The notes: generated by a model not told the origin, from the sequence alone. A stretch of 64,000 bases of DNA from Bacillota bacterium (GCA_024653485.1 JANLFY010000001.1:13517-77516), one strand, 5' to 3'. Counted from the stretch's first letter, positions 29,075-39,477 are shown. Translations and numbers: made by a program.

Positions 29075-32000
29075 ATGTACGTATCCCGAAGAGGAGCCAG
29101 GATAGCGGCCGGTGCGAGCGCGCTTACGCTCGTTGCGGCCGTGTGTTTCGTCGTATACACCCACTTTGCCGCGCTCCAGGTCGCGGCGCTCGCAAAAGCG
29201 CATGACCTCGTTCAATCGTCGCTCCAAGAGAGCCTCGGCCGGAAGGTGACGGTGGGCTCCATCACCGCCGCTGGCCTCGATTCCATCGTGGTGTCAGACG
29301 TGATCGTGCCTGCCATGCCTGGGGAAGGAACGGGCGCCCCGGTGCTCGAGGTGGATGAGGTCGCCGTCGATTACTCCCTGCTCGACGTGATCTTCCGGCG
29401 CAAGCCTCTCGTCCAGACCATCACTTCCGTGACGCTAGTGAAGCCTGTGGCGAGGGTGGGGCGCGCTCCGGACGGCGGTATCTGGCCGCGTGATCTCTTT
29501 GTATCTCAGATCGTGTCGCCCGACGGGGTAGAGGCTCTCTCGGGGTCAATAATCGTCCGGGACGGACGGGTGGAGGTCACAGGGGTTCCGGGGCTGCGGG
29601 AGACCGTCGCGCTGGAAGGCATCCAAGCCACGGTCTCATCGGTCGGGGCCGGACTTGTCTGGCGGATGAGCGGGCGGACGGGTCCCAAAGCTGAGCTTCG
29701 CCTGGCTGCCGCGGGCACCCTGGACATGACGCAGAAGGCCTTCGCCTGTGACGCCACCGTGTCCGGGGCGATGCCCGCCGGAGTCCTCGAAGACTTGCGC
29801 CGGGCGTTGCGCGAGCGACCGGATATCCTAGCATGGACCGGCGCTGGGCTCGGTCCTGAGCTCCTGGCGTACCTCGACGCTGAAGGCAAGGTGGAGCTCA
29901 GCGGCGGGAAGTTACGGGTCGACGCGCACATACGACCTGGCCAAGATGGGGGGCGTCTAGTGCGGGGAGAAGTGAGCATCGCGCAAGCCGGCGTGGTGGC
30001 GAGGGATCCAGCTCCGTGGTTGCGAAGCCTTCGAGGCGTCATCAACCTTGCCTCGGAGTTCCAAGCGGACCCGGCGGGGTTCTCGTGCCAGGGCAAAGTC
30101 TCCCTATCGACCGCGCACGCTGAGCTGGACGGAGGCGCCGCGGGGCTTGGTACTATTGAGGCATTGACGCAGGCAGAAGTGGACTTCTGGCAAAAGCCAG
30201 GCGAGGCCCTCAGCTTCGAGGGTTGCGCGGATCTCGATATTCCCGACGTCTCTATGGGAGACGTCGTGAGAAGGACCCTGGCCGGGGCTTTTTACGGGTC
30301 GGCCAATGCTGGGATTGGAGACGGCGTGGGGACGCTCGAAGTGGACGGCCCCGTCGACGCATCGATCGCCTTTGCCGGCCAGAGTGGGAAGGGCGTTGAG
30401 GTGCGCGGCAAGGTCACCATGGCCGCGGGACGCATGCTCGTGGACGATCTCGTGCCTGAGGTGCCGAGAGTGTCCGGGGACGTCGCCTGGGAGCTAGAGT
30501 TTACGCGCGACGCGATGGGGGCGCTCACGTGCACGGGCAGGGCACGAACAGAGAGGGCGTCCGTCACGACCGGGCGCATCGCGGGGGTCGGCGATTTCGA
30601 GGGGGATGTTCGAGCGAATATGGCCTTTTCCGCGGCGTGGGGCGAAACGACGTCCACCGGCGAATCGGGGAGTCCTGCTCGGCTAGCGGCCACGATGGCT
30701 CCCACCTATGAGGGAGAGATAAGCATCCTCTCGGGAACAGTGAGACTAAGCTACCCGGCCCTGGGGCTTACGTCAGCGAAAGGCTCGGTCACCGGACAGG
30801 TCCGCCTGAGAGGCGAACACGGCGGCGCCACGGAGTACTCCGGGAGGCTCAGCGTCGCAGACGCGACCGTTGCCATGACGCGGCCGCGGGAAGGCGTGAA
30901 GTCTCTCGAGAGCGGTGCCAGTGGAACCATAGAGTTCGAAGGGGCATATCCCGGCAGGGCAAGGTTCGAGGGAAGCGTGGACCTGAGAGAAGGCGGCGTG
31001 ACCGCTGAGTTCTCCGGGCCGGGCGCGGGCTCCGTTTCGGGAGAGGCGCGCACCAGAGGCACGGTTCGGTTTTCGGGGGAGTATCCAGGGCGTATCGAAT
31101 ACCGGGGGACGATGGACGCGTCACGGGGTCGCTTGGCGGTTCGCGACGTGCCTGGCGGCCTGACTCGCTGGGAGAGCGCGGCTGAGGCTCACGTGGATTT
31201 CGGGGGAGCGCACCCCGGCAGAGCTGATTTCAGCGCCTCATGCTCGTTTCCCAGAGGAGAGATGGAGATCTCAAACGGACCCGCGGGCATCGCCCGAGTG
31301 TCCGGGCGCACGTACGGCAGGGCGAGCGTGACCGGGAGCCTCCCGGGCGACTTGGAGTACGATGGACGGATCGCCCTCGAGGATGCCGCATTCCAGCTGG
31401 CCGACGCGCCCGGCGGGATAGAGTCGCTCTCTGGAACGGCAGACGTCATCGTCGATCTGGCCGGATCCTCCAAAGGCGGTCTCAGGTACTCTGGAGTCGC
31501 GGAGCTCGTCTCCGGGCAGGTGGCTGCCACGAACCTCCCGGGCGGCGTGAGAAGTCTGAGAGGACCAGCTCGGGGCGACATGCGGTTTGCGGGGACGTAC
31601 CCAGGGACCCAGGAGTTCGAGGGCAACGTGTCTGTGAACGGTGCTGACCTGGTGGTTGGCGAAATACCCGGCATTGCGAGGTCGCTGTCCGGTCAGGTGG
31701 CCGGGGCGATGAGCTTCCGTGCGGAGGGCGGCAAGGTCGAGGCTTTCTCGGGCAAGGCGGTCGTAGCGCCGGCCACGTTCGTTTCAGACGGAGTCCACCC
31801 TGGGGTGACCGTCGCTCGGGGCCCGTTGAAGATGGACGTGGAATTCTCCTCGGCCCGCGACGGGCATCTCGACATCAAGGGCACAGGGGCGATTTCCGGC
31901 GCTCACCTGCGTGGTGGGAGGCTGTTCCCAGGCCTTGCGAACGTGGAAGGCGAGGTCGACGCCTCATTCGACTTCGAGAGCACTCCTGAAGGGGTTAGGT

Positions 32001-35000
32001 ACGAGGGAACGGCGAAGATCGTGTCGGGGAAAGCAGCCCTCGGAAGCGATGTGGTTCCCGGTGTCGAGAGAGTGGACGGAAACGTCGTGGCGACGTTGGA
32101 CTTCCGTGGTGTCGGGGGAAAGGCCGGTACTTACAGCGGCCGCGCGAGGCTCCTCGGAGGGACCATCAAAGCGGGCGAGGTTACGAAGGGAATTGAGCTG
32201 ATAGAGGGGCCTGTCGACCTTGATGTGGCCTTCTCCGGGGGGGTCGGAACAAGCGCTTCGTATGTTGGCCAGGTTTCCATACGTGATGCGTCCTTCCGAG
32301 CCTCGGAGATAGTCCCCGGCATGAAGAGCGTCACCGGAAAGATGTCCGGCGAGATCTCGTTCGCCAGCAAGCCCGACGGCTCAGTCTCCTACGATGGCAG
32401 CGCCGACCTCACGCATGCCTCCTTCGCAGCAGGAGCAGTCTATCCGGGGATCACGGAGCTCGGCGGGAACGGCAAGGCCCACTTCACGTTCTCTCATACC
32501 GGAGGCTCCGGGCTGAAAGGCACGGCGGAGATCACCGTGACCGGGGGCATACTTGCCCACAACGCAGTCGGGTCTCGGGTCGAGGACATAGCCGCACAAA
32601 TCACCATGAGCGCCGATCTCATCGAGATCAAGGGCATGACAGGCCGCCTGGGGTCGTCGAGGATCGAGGCTTCGGGATGGCTTCGTCCGGGGAAGAGAGT
32701 GGAGCTGGATCTTGCGCTGAAGAGCAGAGACCTCGTCTTGGCCGACCTCGGAAGGATCGGGTTCGCGGGAGCTGGTGGGCAAGCCGCCGCGCTCTCGGGA
32801 AGCGCAGCGGTGGACCTCAAGGTGAGAGGGTACTATCCCAATCTACAGTACAGCGGGCAGTTGGCCCTCAGACGTGTCACGGTGAATCACCCAGCGCTTG
32901 GCGTGCCGATAGAGGATGTTTCCGGCCCCGTGACCCTGTCCGGAAAGAAGATGGTGACGGAGTCCCTCCAGATGACCGTCGCGGGGCTCCCGGTGACTGC
33001 GCGCGGCGAGATCCTCGATCCCCTTAACCCCCGATTCGACGTCACTCTGGCGTTAGCGGATGCCGATATCGGCCGGCTGATGTCGATACTCGCACCCGGA
33101 GCCGCGATGGGCGACGGTGACGAGAGAGACCCCGATGTTGGGTCGGCTGCCCCGAACTTCGCAAACCGCGTCTCGGGCAGAGGATCGATCGTTGCGAGGA
33201 TAACGGGGAGGATAGGTGAAATCTCCACGGAAGGCTCTGTAAACTTCGCGACGCTTGCCGTCCCGGCGGGGGAAAAGGTCATCACCGCAACGAGCGTGAA
33301 GGGGAGCTTTCGGTACGCTGACGGCGTGCTCACACTGAGAGAGGTTGGAGCGCAAGTCGCCGACGGCAGCGTCACCATTGAGGGAGCCATGACGCCGGGC
33401 AAGGCCTGGCCGGGACCTATCGGGAGCATTGGGTCAGCGGGCCTCGATGGGGAGGAAGGAGCCGGCTTTCCGCAAATCCGCGCCAATGTAAAGCTCAAGG
33501 GGGTTTCGGCCGGAGCGCTAGGACCCCTCATCCTTCCTCGTGCATTCGTCCTGTCGGGAACTCTTGATGGCGATTTAGTGGTCGCCGGAGGCGGCCGGTC
33601 AGGCCCGCGATTCGACGTGACGGGGTCGTGCCGGATGACCTCGGCACGCGCAGCGTTCGGGAAGACGAGCTTCGACTTTGCTAGCGTCGAGGCTAGTTTC
33701 CGAGGAGTCGGCGGCGAGGTAACGTTTGATCGGCTGCTGGCCAGGGGCGCCGACGGCCACGTGGACGCGAGCGGAACGGTGTCGCTGGCTGGCGGAGCGG
33801 ACTTCCGCGCGACCGTGAGCGGCGCCGACCTGGCGAAGCTGGCGAGTATCGCCGGGTACGAGGGTGCCGGAGGGACGCTCGGATTTGCGGGGACTGTGTC
33901 GGTGCGGGGGCGGGACGTCGTCGCGGACGGGCTCGCGGACGTGAAGAGAGGCGTCATCTCAGGCGTTGAGTTTGACTCGCTCACCGGACGAGTCAAACTC
34001 TCCCGCACCGAGGCGCGTCTCGAGAACGTGAGCGTGCGCGACGGGAAGGCGTCCTACCTGGTATCAGGGAAGGTAGGTCTCGATGGAGAAGGCGGGCCTG
34101 CGATAGACCTGTCAGTCCAGATAAACGGCGTGCCATGTCAAGACGTTCTCTCTCTAGCTAGGCACTCAGGGGCGATGGCCGCGGGCGACCTTCCACTGAG
34201 AGGCTTCCTCTCAGGCGAGGTGGTTGTGAAAGGCCCGGCCAAGAGCCCGGGGATCTTGGGTTCGGTGAGAGTGTCCGAGGCTGAGCTATCAGGAGTCAGG
34301 CCGGAGCGAGTCGAGCTGGACTTCGCGTTCACCGGGGGCGCGCTCCGCATTGAGGAGCTCAAGGCAAGGGTGGGATCCGCTGAGATTGCGGCGAAGGGTG
34401 TGATAGGTTCGGACGGGGCTCTGGATCTCGCGGTCAGGGCAGGTGGGATGGACCTTGCCAGGCTGCCCGTGCCCCTTCCCGGGAACCTGGTTGGTGGCGG
34501 GAACGCCTCGTTCGAGGGAAGAGTCGCCGGGCAATTGAGGGATCCGCGCCTGGAAGGAGAGGTATCCGCGACGAACGTGGTCTTGCGGAACGTCCTCATT
34601 CCAGGAGTCGCTGGCACTGTCAAGTGGAACGGAAAGGAGATCGAGCTTGCGCCGCTCGCCATTCACGACGGAAGCGGCGATGCGACTGTCACGGGCGTCA
34701 TCGCTCTCGAGGAGAGCGCGAGGGGACCTCAGGGCGCTTCCACGCTCGACATGCAGATGGAGGTGGAGGGGCTCGCCCTCAAGACATTGATGGACCTCGT
34801 CAAGCTGGATTTTGCCGCCGACGCCTCGGGTAAGGTCACCGGCCAGGTGGCGATCCGGGGCGACATGACCGCTCCTGGTGTAGAGCTCGCGCTTCAAGTT
34901 TCAAACCTCAAGGTTGCGGGCGTCGCCTTCACGAACGCCGTCATAGACGCGAGGGCTGCCGGGGGAGAGATCGACCTGCGGATGCTGAAGCTCCGCCAGG

Positions 35001-36622
35001 AAGGTGGCGGTTACCTCGAGGCGAGCGGGACGTCCAAGAGCGGGGGCGAGATCTCGTTCATGGGGTCCGCGCGAGGCTTCGACGCAGGCGTGCTGGCGAG
35101 CCTTTTCGGCGTCGGGTACACCGTGAGCGGCACGCTGGACCTCGCCGCCAAGATCGAGGGCACGTCGTCGGATCCGGTGGCCACCGTTGCCATGCAGCTC
35201 ACCGGCGGGGTTGTGGAAAGGGTGAGGTTCGACGCAATCACAGCTAGAATGTTTTTCAGGGACGGCATGATAACGATCGAAGAGGGTGAGATCGTCCAGG
35301 GCGGCCACCGCGCGAGCGTCACAGGCAAGGTGCCCCTCGCAGGCGAGCGTTTGGCGGCCTTGGGGATCGCCGGGCCGGAGAAACGAGAGGGCGGATTGGA
35401 CGTCGCCATCAAGATGAAAGACGCCAGCCTCGTCTTTCTGATGATGGTGTCTGACCGGATCGAGTGGTCCGAGGGTGTGGCGAACGTGGACCTTCGGGTG
35501 ACGGGAGGCCTTGACGCCCCGAGGCTCCAAGGCTGGGCAAGCGTGAGCGGAGGCGCTGTGAAGCTGGCGCTCCTCGAGGACGCTCTGAAGGACGTGACCG
35601 CCAGGGTGGTCTTCGAGGGCTCCAATGCTTCCATTAACCAGCTCTCGTGTAAGCTGGGCGACGGCACCGTGAGCGCGTCGGGGACGGTTGCCTTCACCAA
35701 CGGCGGAGACCCGAAAGTGGACCTCAGGTTGACTGGCACGCGGGCACGGATCAGCACGGATCAGCTCCGCGCGGTCGCCGACGCGCGTCTCCAAGTGCGC
35801 GGGGCAGCCAGCCGGCCTATGATCAGCGGCGATATCAAACTGGTAAGAGCGGAGTTCACACCGTCTGGCTTCGGGGCTGTGTCCATGCCGGTGGACGCGG
35901 ACCTCGACGTCGCGGTGTCCACCGGGGACGATCTCAGAATCCGGACGAAGACCATGGACATACGTGCGTCGGGCAGCGTCAAGGTGGGCGGCACCCTGAG
36001 GGAGCCGAGCCTGGCGGGCAGAGTGGAGGCGCACCGCGGGTGGTTCGCGTACTTCGGAAACGAATTTGCGGTGCGGGAGGCCGTGGCGGACTTCCGGGAA
36101 GATGGCGGAGTGATACCGTACCTGGAGGTCCAGGCCGACACGTACGCGGGATCCACTCTGATACATCTCACGTTGAAAGGGACGCTGCCGGACAGGCTCA
36201 CTATGGATCTCACGTCGAGTCCACCGAAGAGCCGCGACGAGATCTTGGCGCTCTTGAATTACCCGGGAGCTTTGGCGAAGATCCTCGAGGGGGACATGGA
36301 GGGCGCCATGAAGGAAGAGATCGTGCGCATTCTCGACCAGGAACTCAGGCTGCAGCTGGTGGGGGGCATAGAGAGAGCTTTCGAGGACGCCTTCTCTCTG
36401 GACGAGTTCCGATTGCAAAGGGGTACGTCCAACGAGTTGACCCTCAGGATAGGAAAGTATGTCGTCGACGATCTTTACCTAAGCTACGAGAGGGGTTTCG
36501 GATCGCAGTCCTCGGGGGTGTTGAGGTTCGATTACATGTACGGTCCGGGGGTCGTGCTCACGGGGAAGTTCGACGAGCGAGGAATGTATACTCTCGGTGT
36601 TGAGGCCAGGTTGCGGTTCTGA
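29075..36622 (+). CDS. tamB: Giant TamB/AsmA-like translocation-and-assembly protein (2515 aa) with a C-terminal DUF490-like domain
   Basis: N-terminal anchor 'AAGASALTLVAAVCFVVY' and very long beta-rich G/V/S/A repeats. The C-terminal 'LTLKGTLPDRLTMDLTSSPPKSRDEILALL ... LRIGKYVVDDLYLSYERG ... LGVEARLRF' is typical of TamB DUF490. Lies immediately upstream of bamA. Confidence 0.8.
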   Translation: MYVSRRGARIAAGASALTLVAAVCFVVYTHFAALQVAALAKAHDLVQSSLQESLGRKVTVGSITAAGLDSIVVSDVIVPAMPGEGTGAPVLEVDEVAVDYSLLDVIFRRKPLVQTITSVTLVKPVARVGRAPDGGIWPRDLFVSQIVSPDGVEALSGSIIVRDGRVEVTGVPGLRETVALEGIQATVSSVGAGLVWRMSGRTGPKAELRLAAAGTLDMTQKAFACDATVSGAMPAGVLEDLRRALRERPDILAWTGAGLGPELLAYLDAEGKVELSGGKLRVDAHIRPGQDGGRLVRGEVSIAQAGVVARDPAPWLRSLRGVINLASEFQADPAGFSCQGKVSLSTAHAELDGGAAGLGTIEALTQAEVDFWQKPGEALSFEGCADLDIPDVSMGDVVRRTLAGAFYGSANAGIGDGVGTLEVDGPVDASIAFAGQSGKGVEVRGKVTMAAGRMLVDDLVPEVPRVSGDVAWELEFTRDAMGALTCTGRARTERASVTTGRIAGVGDFEGDVRANMAFSAAWGETTSTGESGSPARLAATMAPTYEGEISILSGTVRLSYPALGLTSAKGSVTGQVRLRGEHGGATEYSGRLSVADATVAMTRPREGVKSLESGASGTIEFEGAYPGRARFEGSVDLREGGVTAEFSGPGAGSVSGEARTRGTVRFSGEYPGRIEYRGTMDASRGRLAVRDVPGGLTRWESAAEAHVDFGGAHPGRADFSASCSFPRGEMEISNGPAGIARVSGRTYGRASVTGSLPGDLEYDGRIALEDAAFQLADAPGGIESLSGTADVIVDLAGSSKGGLRYSGVAELVSGQVAATNLPGGVRSLRGPARGDMRFAGTYPGTQEFEGNVSVNGADLVVGEIPGIARSLSGQVAGAMSFRAEGGKVEAFSGKAVVAPATFVSDGVHPGVTVARGPLKMDVEFSSARDGHLDIKGTGAISGAHLRGGRLFPGLANVEGEVDASFDFESTPEGVRYEGTAKIVSGKAALGSDVVPGVERVDGNVVATLDFRGVGGKAGTYSGRARLLGGTIKAGEVTKGIELIEGPVDLDVAFSGGVGTSASYVGQVSIRDASFRASEIVPGMKSVTGKMSGEISFASKPDGSVSYDGSADLTHASFAAGAVYPGITELGGNGKAHFTFSHTGGSGLKGTAEITVTGGILAHNAVGSRVEDIAAQITMSADLIEIKGMTGRLGSSRIEASGWLRPGKRVELDLALKSRDLVLADLGRIGFAGAGGQAAALSGSAAVDLKVRGYYPNLQYSGQLALRRVTVNHPALGVPIEDVSGPVTLSGKKMVTESLQMTVAGLPVTARGEILDPLNPRFDVTLALADADIGRLMSILAPGAAMGDGDERDPDVGSAAPNFANRVSGRGSIVARITGRIGEISTEGSVNFATLAVPAGEKVITATSVKGSFRYADGVLTLREVGAQVADGSVTIEGAMTPGKAWPGPIGSIGSAGLDGEEGAGFPQIRANVKLKGVSAGALGPLILPRAFVLSGTLDGDLVVAGGGRSGPRFDVTGSCRMTSARAAFGKTSFDFASVEASFRGVGGEVTFDRLLARGADGHVDASGTVSLAGGADFRATVSGADLAKLASIAGYEGAGGTLGFAGTVSVRGRDVVADGLADVKRGVISGVEFDSLTGRVKLSRTEARLENVSVRDGKASYLVSGKVGLDGEGGPAIDLSVQINGVPCQDVLSLARHSGAMAAGDLPLRGFLSGEVVVKGPAKSPGILGSVRVSEAELSGVRPERVELDFAFTGGALRIEELKARVGSAEIAAKGVIGSDGALDLAVRAGGMDLARLPVPLPGNLVGGGNASFEGRVAGQLRDPRLEGEVSATNVVLRNVLIPGVAGTVKWNGKEIELAPLAIHDGSGDATVTGVIALEESARGPQGASTLDMQMEVEGLALKTLMDLVKLDFAADASGKVTGQVAIRGDMTAPGVELALQVSNLKVAGVAFTNAVIDARAAGGEIDLRMLKLRQEGGGYLEASGTSKSGGEISFMGSARGFDAGVLASLFGVGYTVSGTLDLAAKIEGTSSDPVATVAMQLTGGVVERVRFDAITARMFFRDGMITIEEGEIVQGGHRASVTGKVPLAGERLAALGIAGPEKREGGLDVAIKMKDASLVFLMMVSDRIEWSEGVANVDLRVTGGLDAPRLQGWASVSGGAVKLALLEDALKDVTARVVFEGSNASINQLSCKLGDGTVSASGTVAFTNGGDPKVDLRLTGTRARISTDQLRAVADARLQVRGAASRPMISGDIKLVRAEFTPSGFGAVSMPVDADLDVAVSTGDDLRIRTKTMDIRASGSVKVGGTLREPSLAGRVEAHRGWFAYFGNEFAVREAVADFREDGGVIPYLEVQADTYAGSTLIHLTLKGTLPDRLTMDLTSSPPKSRDEILALLNYPGALAKILEGDMEGAMKEEIVRILDQELRLQLVGGIERAFEDAFSLDEFRLQRGTSNELTLRIGKYVVDDLYLSYERGFGSQSSGVLRFDYMYGPGVVLTGKFDERGMYTLGVEARLRF
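30761..32578 (+). repeat. 14 tandem, degenerate ~43-residue repeats inside tamB
   Basis: Units such as 'IESLSGTADVIVDLAGSSKGGLRYSGVAELVSGQVAATNLPGG', 'VRSLRGPARGDMRFAGTYPGTQEFEGNVSVNGADLVVGEIPG' and 'VERVDGNVVATLDFRGVGGKAGTYSGRARLLGGTIKAGEVTKG'. 606 aa divide into unit lengths 45,45,43,43,43,43,42,44,43x6. Confidence 0.8.
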
Positions 36623-36790
36623 GGCTGTGCGTTCCCCAGACTCCGAATCCAGACTCCGAATGACGTGGACCACGGCTGGAACAGACTGCTGGAGGGCACA
36701 ACAATTGTAAGGCAAGATGGGAAGGATTTACGTTTGGCGAGTCGAAATAGACTACGTTTTCGCGTGCGGCAACGAAGAGGAGGGACGAAC

Positions 36791-38569
36791 GTGAGCCAGT
36801 TTTCCGGTCTTCAAGCCAAGAAACGTCGCATGTTTCTCGCAGCATTCGCCGCACTGGTGATCACGCTGGGCTTGAGCCTCGTGTCCGCCGGTGCGTTCGC
36901 ACAGGTCCCGTCGGGTGAGAAGGTAGTCGCAGTGGAGGTCGACGGCCTGAAGAGCGTGCCGTCGGAGACCGTGATGGAAGTCCTCAAGGTGAAGGTGGGC
37001 GACACGCTGACGGAGCAGGCGGTCAGGTCCGATATGCAGGCTATCAATGACCTCGGTCTCTTCTTCAACGTTTCGGCGAGATTCCATCCGCACCTGGGCG
37101 GGATAAGGTTGGTGTATGAAGTCGTCGAAAACCCGAAGGTGAAGAGCATTGTCTTCCAAGGCAACGAGGCGGTCGCCACGGACAAGCTAGACTTGCTGAT
37201 GAGCATAAAGCCCGGAGAGATCCTGAACGTCAGGAAGCTCAACGGAGACCTCGAACGCATCCTCAAGTACTACTACAACGAGGGTTACTCAGCCAGGTTC
37301 ACCGACGTGAACATCTCGGAGCATGGAGACGTCACGATAGTCCTGGAAGAGCTTCGCGTGAGCGAGATCAAGATCGAAGGGAACGCGAAAACCAAAGAGT
37401 ACGTGATCCGCAGACAGATCAAGACCGAACCCGGGGAGCTCCTGAACGTGAACAAGCTGCGCGAGGATCAGCGTCGGCTCGGGAACCTGGGCATCTTCGA
37501 GAGCGTTGACATCAAGTTGGACCTTGACGAGGCCAAGAAAGGGTACGTGGTGAGTTACGTGGTGAAGGAGGCCAAGACGGGGAGCGCCTCCCTGGGCGCG
37601 GGATGGAGCTCTGCGGAGGGGTTCATCGGATACATAGAGTATGCCGAGGACAATCTCCTCGGGAGGCAACAGCGGGTGAACATCAACTGGCAGTTCGGCG
37701 GAGGTCGTAACTCGTACGAGCTAGGGTTCTATGATCCGTGGCTTGACAGCCATCGCACGTCGTTTGGAATCAACCTCTACAACCGAACGTCGCGGGTGGG
37801 AAGGGACTGGGACGCAGAGCGGTATGAGTGGATAGGAGCGGGTGAGCATCCACAGAGCGTGACGTACAGCGAGCAACGCAGGGGTGGAAGCGTGTCGCTG
37901 GGACGTCCCCTCAATCTGGACACTCGCGTATCCCTCTCGCTAAGGATCGATGCCACTAAGCTCACGCCGCTGCCGGAGGGCGGAGAGAGCGAAGCCGAGT
38001 GGAGGTGGCTTGAGGGTAAGGACCCGAGCGGGGACACGAGGAGCCTGACCCTGTCGCTTGTCAACGATACGCGTGACCACTACATGAACCCCACGAGCGG
38101 GAGCTTCAAGCAGGCCTCCGCCGAGGTGGCGGGCGGGCTACTGGGCGGAGACTACACTTTCGGGAAGTATCAGGCCGAAGGCGGCGTCTACCGGGAGGTT
38201 CTCCGCAATCAGGTGATTGCGCTCCACCTTGCCGCCGGTGTTTCGACCGGCACGCTGCCTCCGCACGAGCAGTATCGCATAGGCGGCTCTGAGTCTATTC
38301 GTGGCTACGACTACGGGGAGTTCTACGGGGACAAGATGGTCCTCGCGAACGTAGAGTACCGGTTCCAAATCATCAAAGGTCTGCAGGGTGTCGTCTTCGT
38401 GGACACCGGCGCGACTTGGCTCAAAGACGAGCCCATGAGCCTGGCGGATCTTTCAACCGGGGCGGGGGTGGGAGTGCGGATAGACACTCCCATAGGAATG
38501 CTTCGGATAGACTACGGCGTGGGCAAACAAGGTGGCCAGGCGTACTTCGGTTTCGGGCAGATGTTCTAG
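36791..38569 (+). CDS. bamA: Outer membrane protein assembly factor BamA (Omp85) with three POTRA domains
   Basis: Signal peptide '...LSLVSAGAFAQ' and three POTRA-like units of about 75 aa (starting 'KVVAVEVDGLKSV', 'KSIVFQGNEAV', 'SEIKIEGNAKT'). The barrel contains 'RIGGSESIRGYDYGEF' and 'FVDTGATW' and ends 'FGFGQMF'. GTG start at 36791 follows GAGGAGGGA. Confidence 0.9.
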   Translation: MSQFSGLQAKKRRMFLAAFAALVITLGLSLVSAGAFAQVPSGEKVVAVEVDGLKSVPSETVMEVLKVKVGDTLTEQAVRSDMQAINDLGLFFNVSARFHPHLGGIRLVYEVVENPKVKSIVFQGNEAVATDKLDLLMSIKPGEILNVRKLNGDLERILKYYYNEGYSARFTDVNISEHGDVTIVLEELRVSEIKIEGNAKTKEYVIRRQIKTEPGELLNVNKLREDQRRLGNLGIFESVDIKLDLDEAKKGYVVSYVVKEAKTGSASLGAGWSSAEGFIGYIEYAEDNLLGRQQRVNINWQFGGGRNSYELGFYDPWLDSHRTSFGINLYNRTSRVGRDWDAERYEWIGAGEHPQSVTYSEQRRGGSVSLGRPLNLDTRVSLSLRIDATKLTPLPEGGESEAEWRWLEGKDPSGDTRSLTLSLVNDTRDHYMNPTSGSFKQASAEVAGGLLGGDYTFGKYQAEGGVYREVLRNQVIALHLAAGVSTGTLPPHEQYRIGGSESIRGYDYGEFYGDKMVLANVEYRFQIIKGLQGVVFVDTGATWLKDEPMSLADLSTGAGVGVRIDTPIGMLRIDYGVGKQGGQAYFGFGQMF

Positions 38570-38750
38570 ATTCCTGGGTGCGCGTCTATGCGTGAGACCC
38601 TCCGTTTCCGGGGCGGTCGATGCGCGAGGCGACCCATCGAAGAGCCCTCATGAACCACGGGACCTCTCCAGACGCTTTGATAGCGCCATTTCGCTGGCAA
38701 TTCGACAGGTAATTGGCAGCGGGACGCGGCGAGATTGCCTGGGGAGGTCC

Positions 38751-38779
38751 TTGCGGTAGAAGGGTGGCATTGCTATAAT
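38751..38779 (+). promoter_or_regulatory. Promoter TTGCGG-17-(TGC)TATAAT upstream of skp
   Basis: TTGCGG at 38751-38756 and TATAAT at 38774-38779 with an extended TG. Confidence 0.55.
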
Positions 38780-38853
38780 GGGCATGTCCCGAGCGGGCGG
38801 CCTTCCTCCAAGGCTGTCGGGGCAGTATGCCGCCGCGGAAAGGATGGATAGAG

Positions 38854-39399
38854 ATGCTCAAGAGCTCGACGAAAGTGCTTGGTGTTCTCGTGATCGTGGG
38901 CGCCGCAATCGCTGTCATCGTGAGCCTCAACGGGTCTTCAGTGTTGCGCGCCGCTGGTGACTCGTCCGTCGTGGGGTTCGTTTACTCACCGAAGATAATC
39001 GCTGCCGTTGAAGGCTCGGCGGAATACTCGAAGGCGAGGAAGACCTACGAGGACTTCGCGCAGAAGCTGCAGAAAGACTATGACTCCCAGGCTCAGGGAA
39101 TGGACGACCAGACCAAGAAGGCCAAGCTGGCAGAGCTTGAGCAGAAGCTTGCCGCGAAGCAAGTGGAGCTCAACAAGCCTTTCCAGGAGAGAATCCAGAA
39201 GGCCATAGAGGAAGTTGCTAAGAGCGAGGGCGTGTCGGTAGTTCTCAGCCAGCGCGTGGAGTTCGAGGCGTTCGTGCCGGTCCGTGGGAAAGACGAGCAG
39301 ATCGTTGGATCTCAGCCTGCTCCCGTATCGTTGCCGATCGTGGTGACCGGCGGCAAGGATCTCACGGATCTCGTCATAAAGAAGCTAGGCGTTAAGTAG
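38854..39399 (+). CDS. skp: OmpH/Skp-family periplasmic chaperone
   Basis: Signal anchor, then a K/E/Q-rich helical arm 'KARKTYEDFAQKLQKDYDSQAQ...LAELEQKLAAKQVELNKPFQERIQKAIEEVAKSEGVSVVL', ending '...GGKDLTDLVIKKL'. Sits in the canonical bamA-skp-lpxD position. Confidence 0.8.
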   Translation: MLKSSTKVLGVLVIVGAAIAVIVSLNGSSVLRAAGDSSVVGFVYSPKIIAAVEGSAEYSKARKTYEDFAQKLQKDYDSQAQGMDDQTKKAKLAELEQKLAAKQVELNKPFQERIQKAIEEVAKSEGVSVVLSQRVEFEAFVPVRGKDEQIVGSQPAPVSLPIVVTGGKDLTDLVIKKLGVK

Positions 39400-39477
39400 A
39401 GGTCGGCAAGCAGAGGCCGGCGAGTCCAGGGCGCGGCACTCACGCGTCTCGCCTCTGGCACTACAACGTACTACAGC

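Noticed and set aside
32887-36418. Minus-strand ORFs of 373 aa (32887-34008) and 505 aa (34901-36418)
   Set aside because: Both lie entirely antisense to tamB, whose frame has repeat structure and a DUF490-like end. They are low-complexity S/P/R/A-rich translations.
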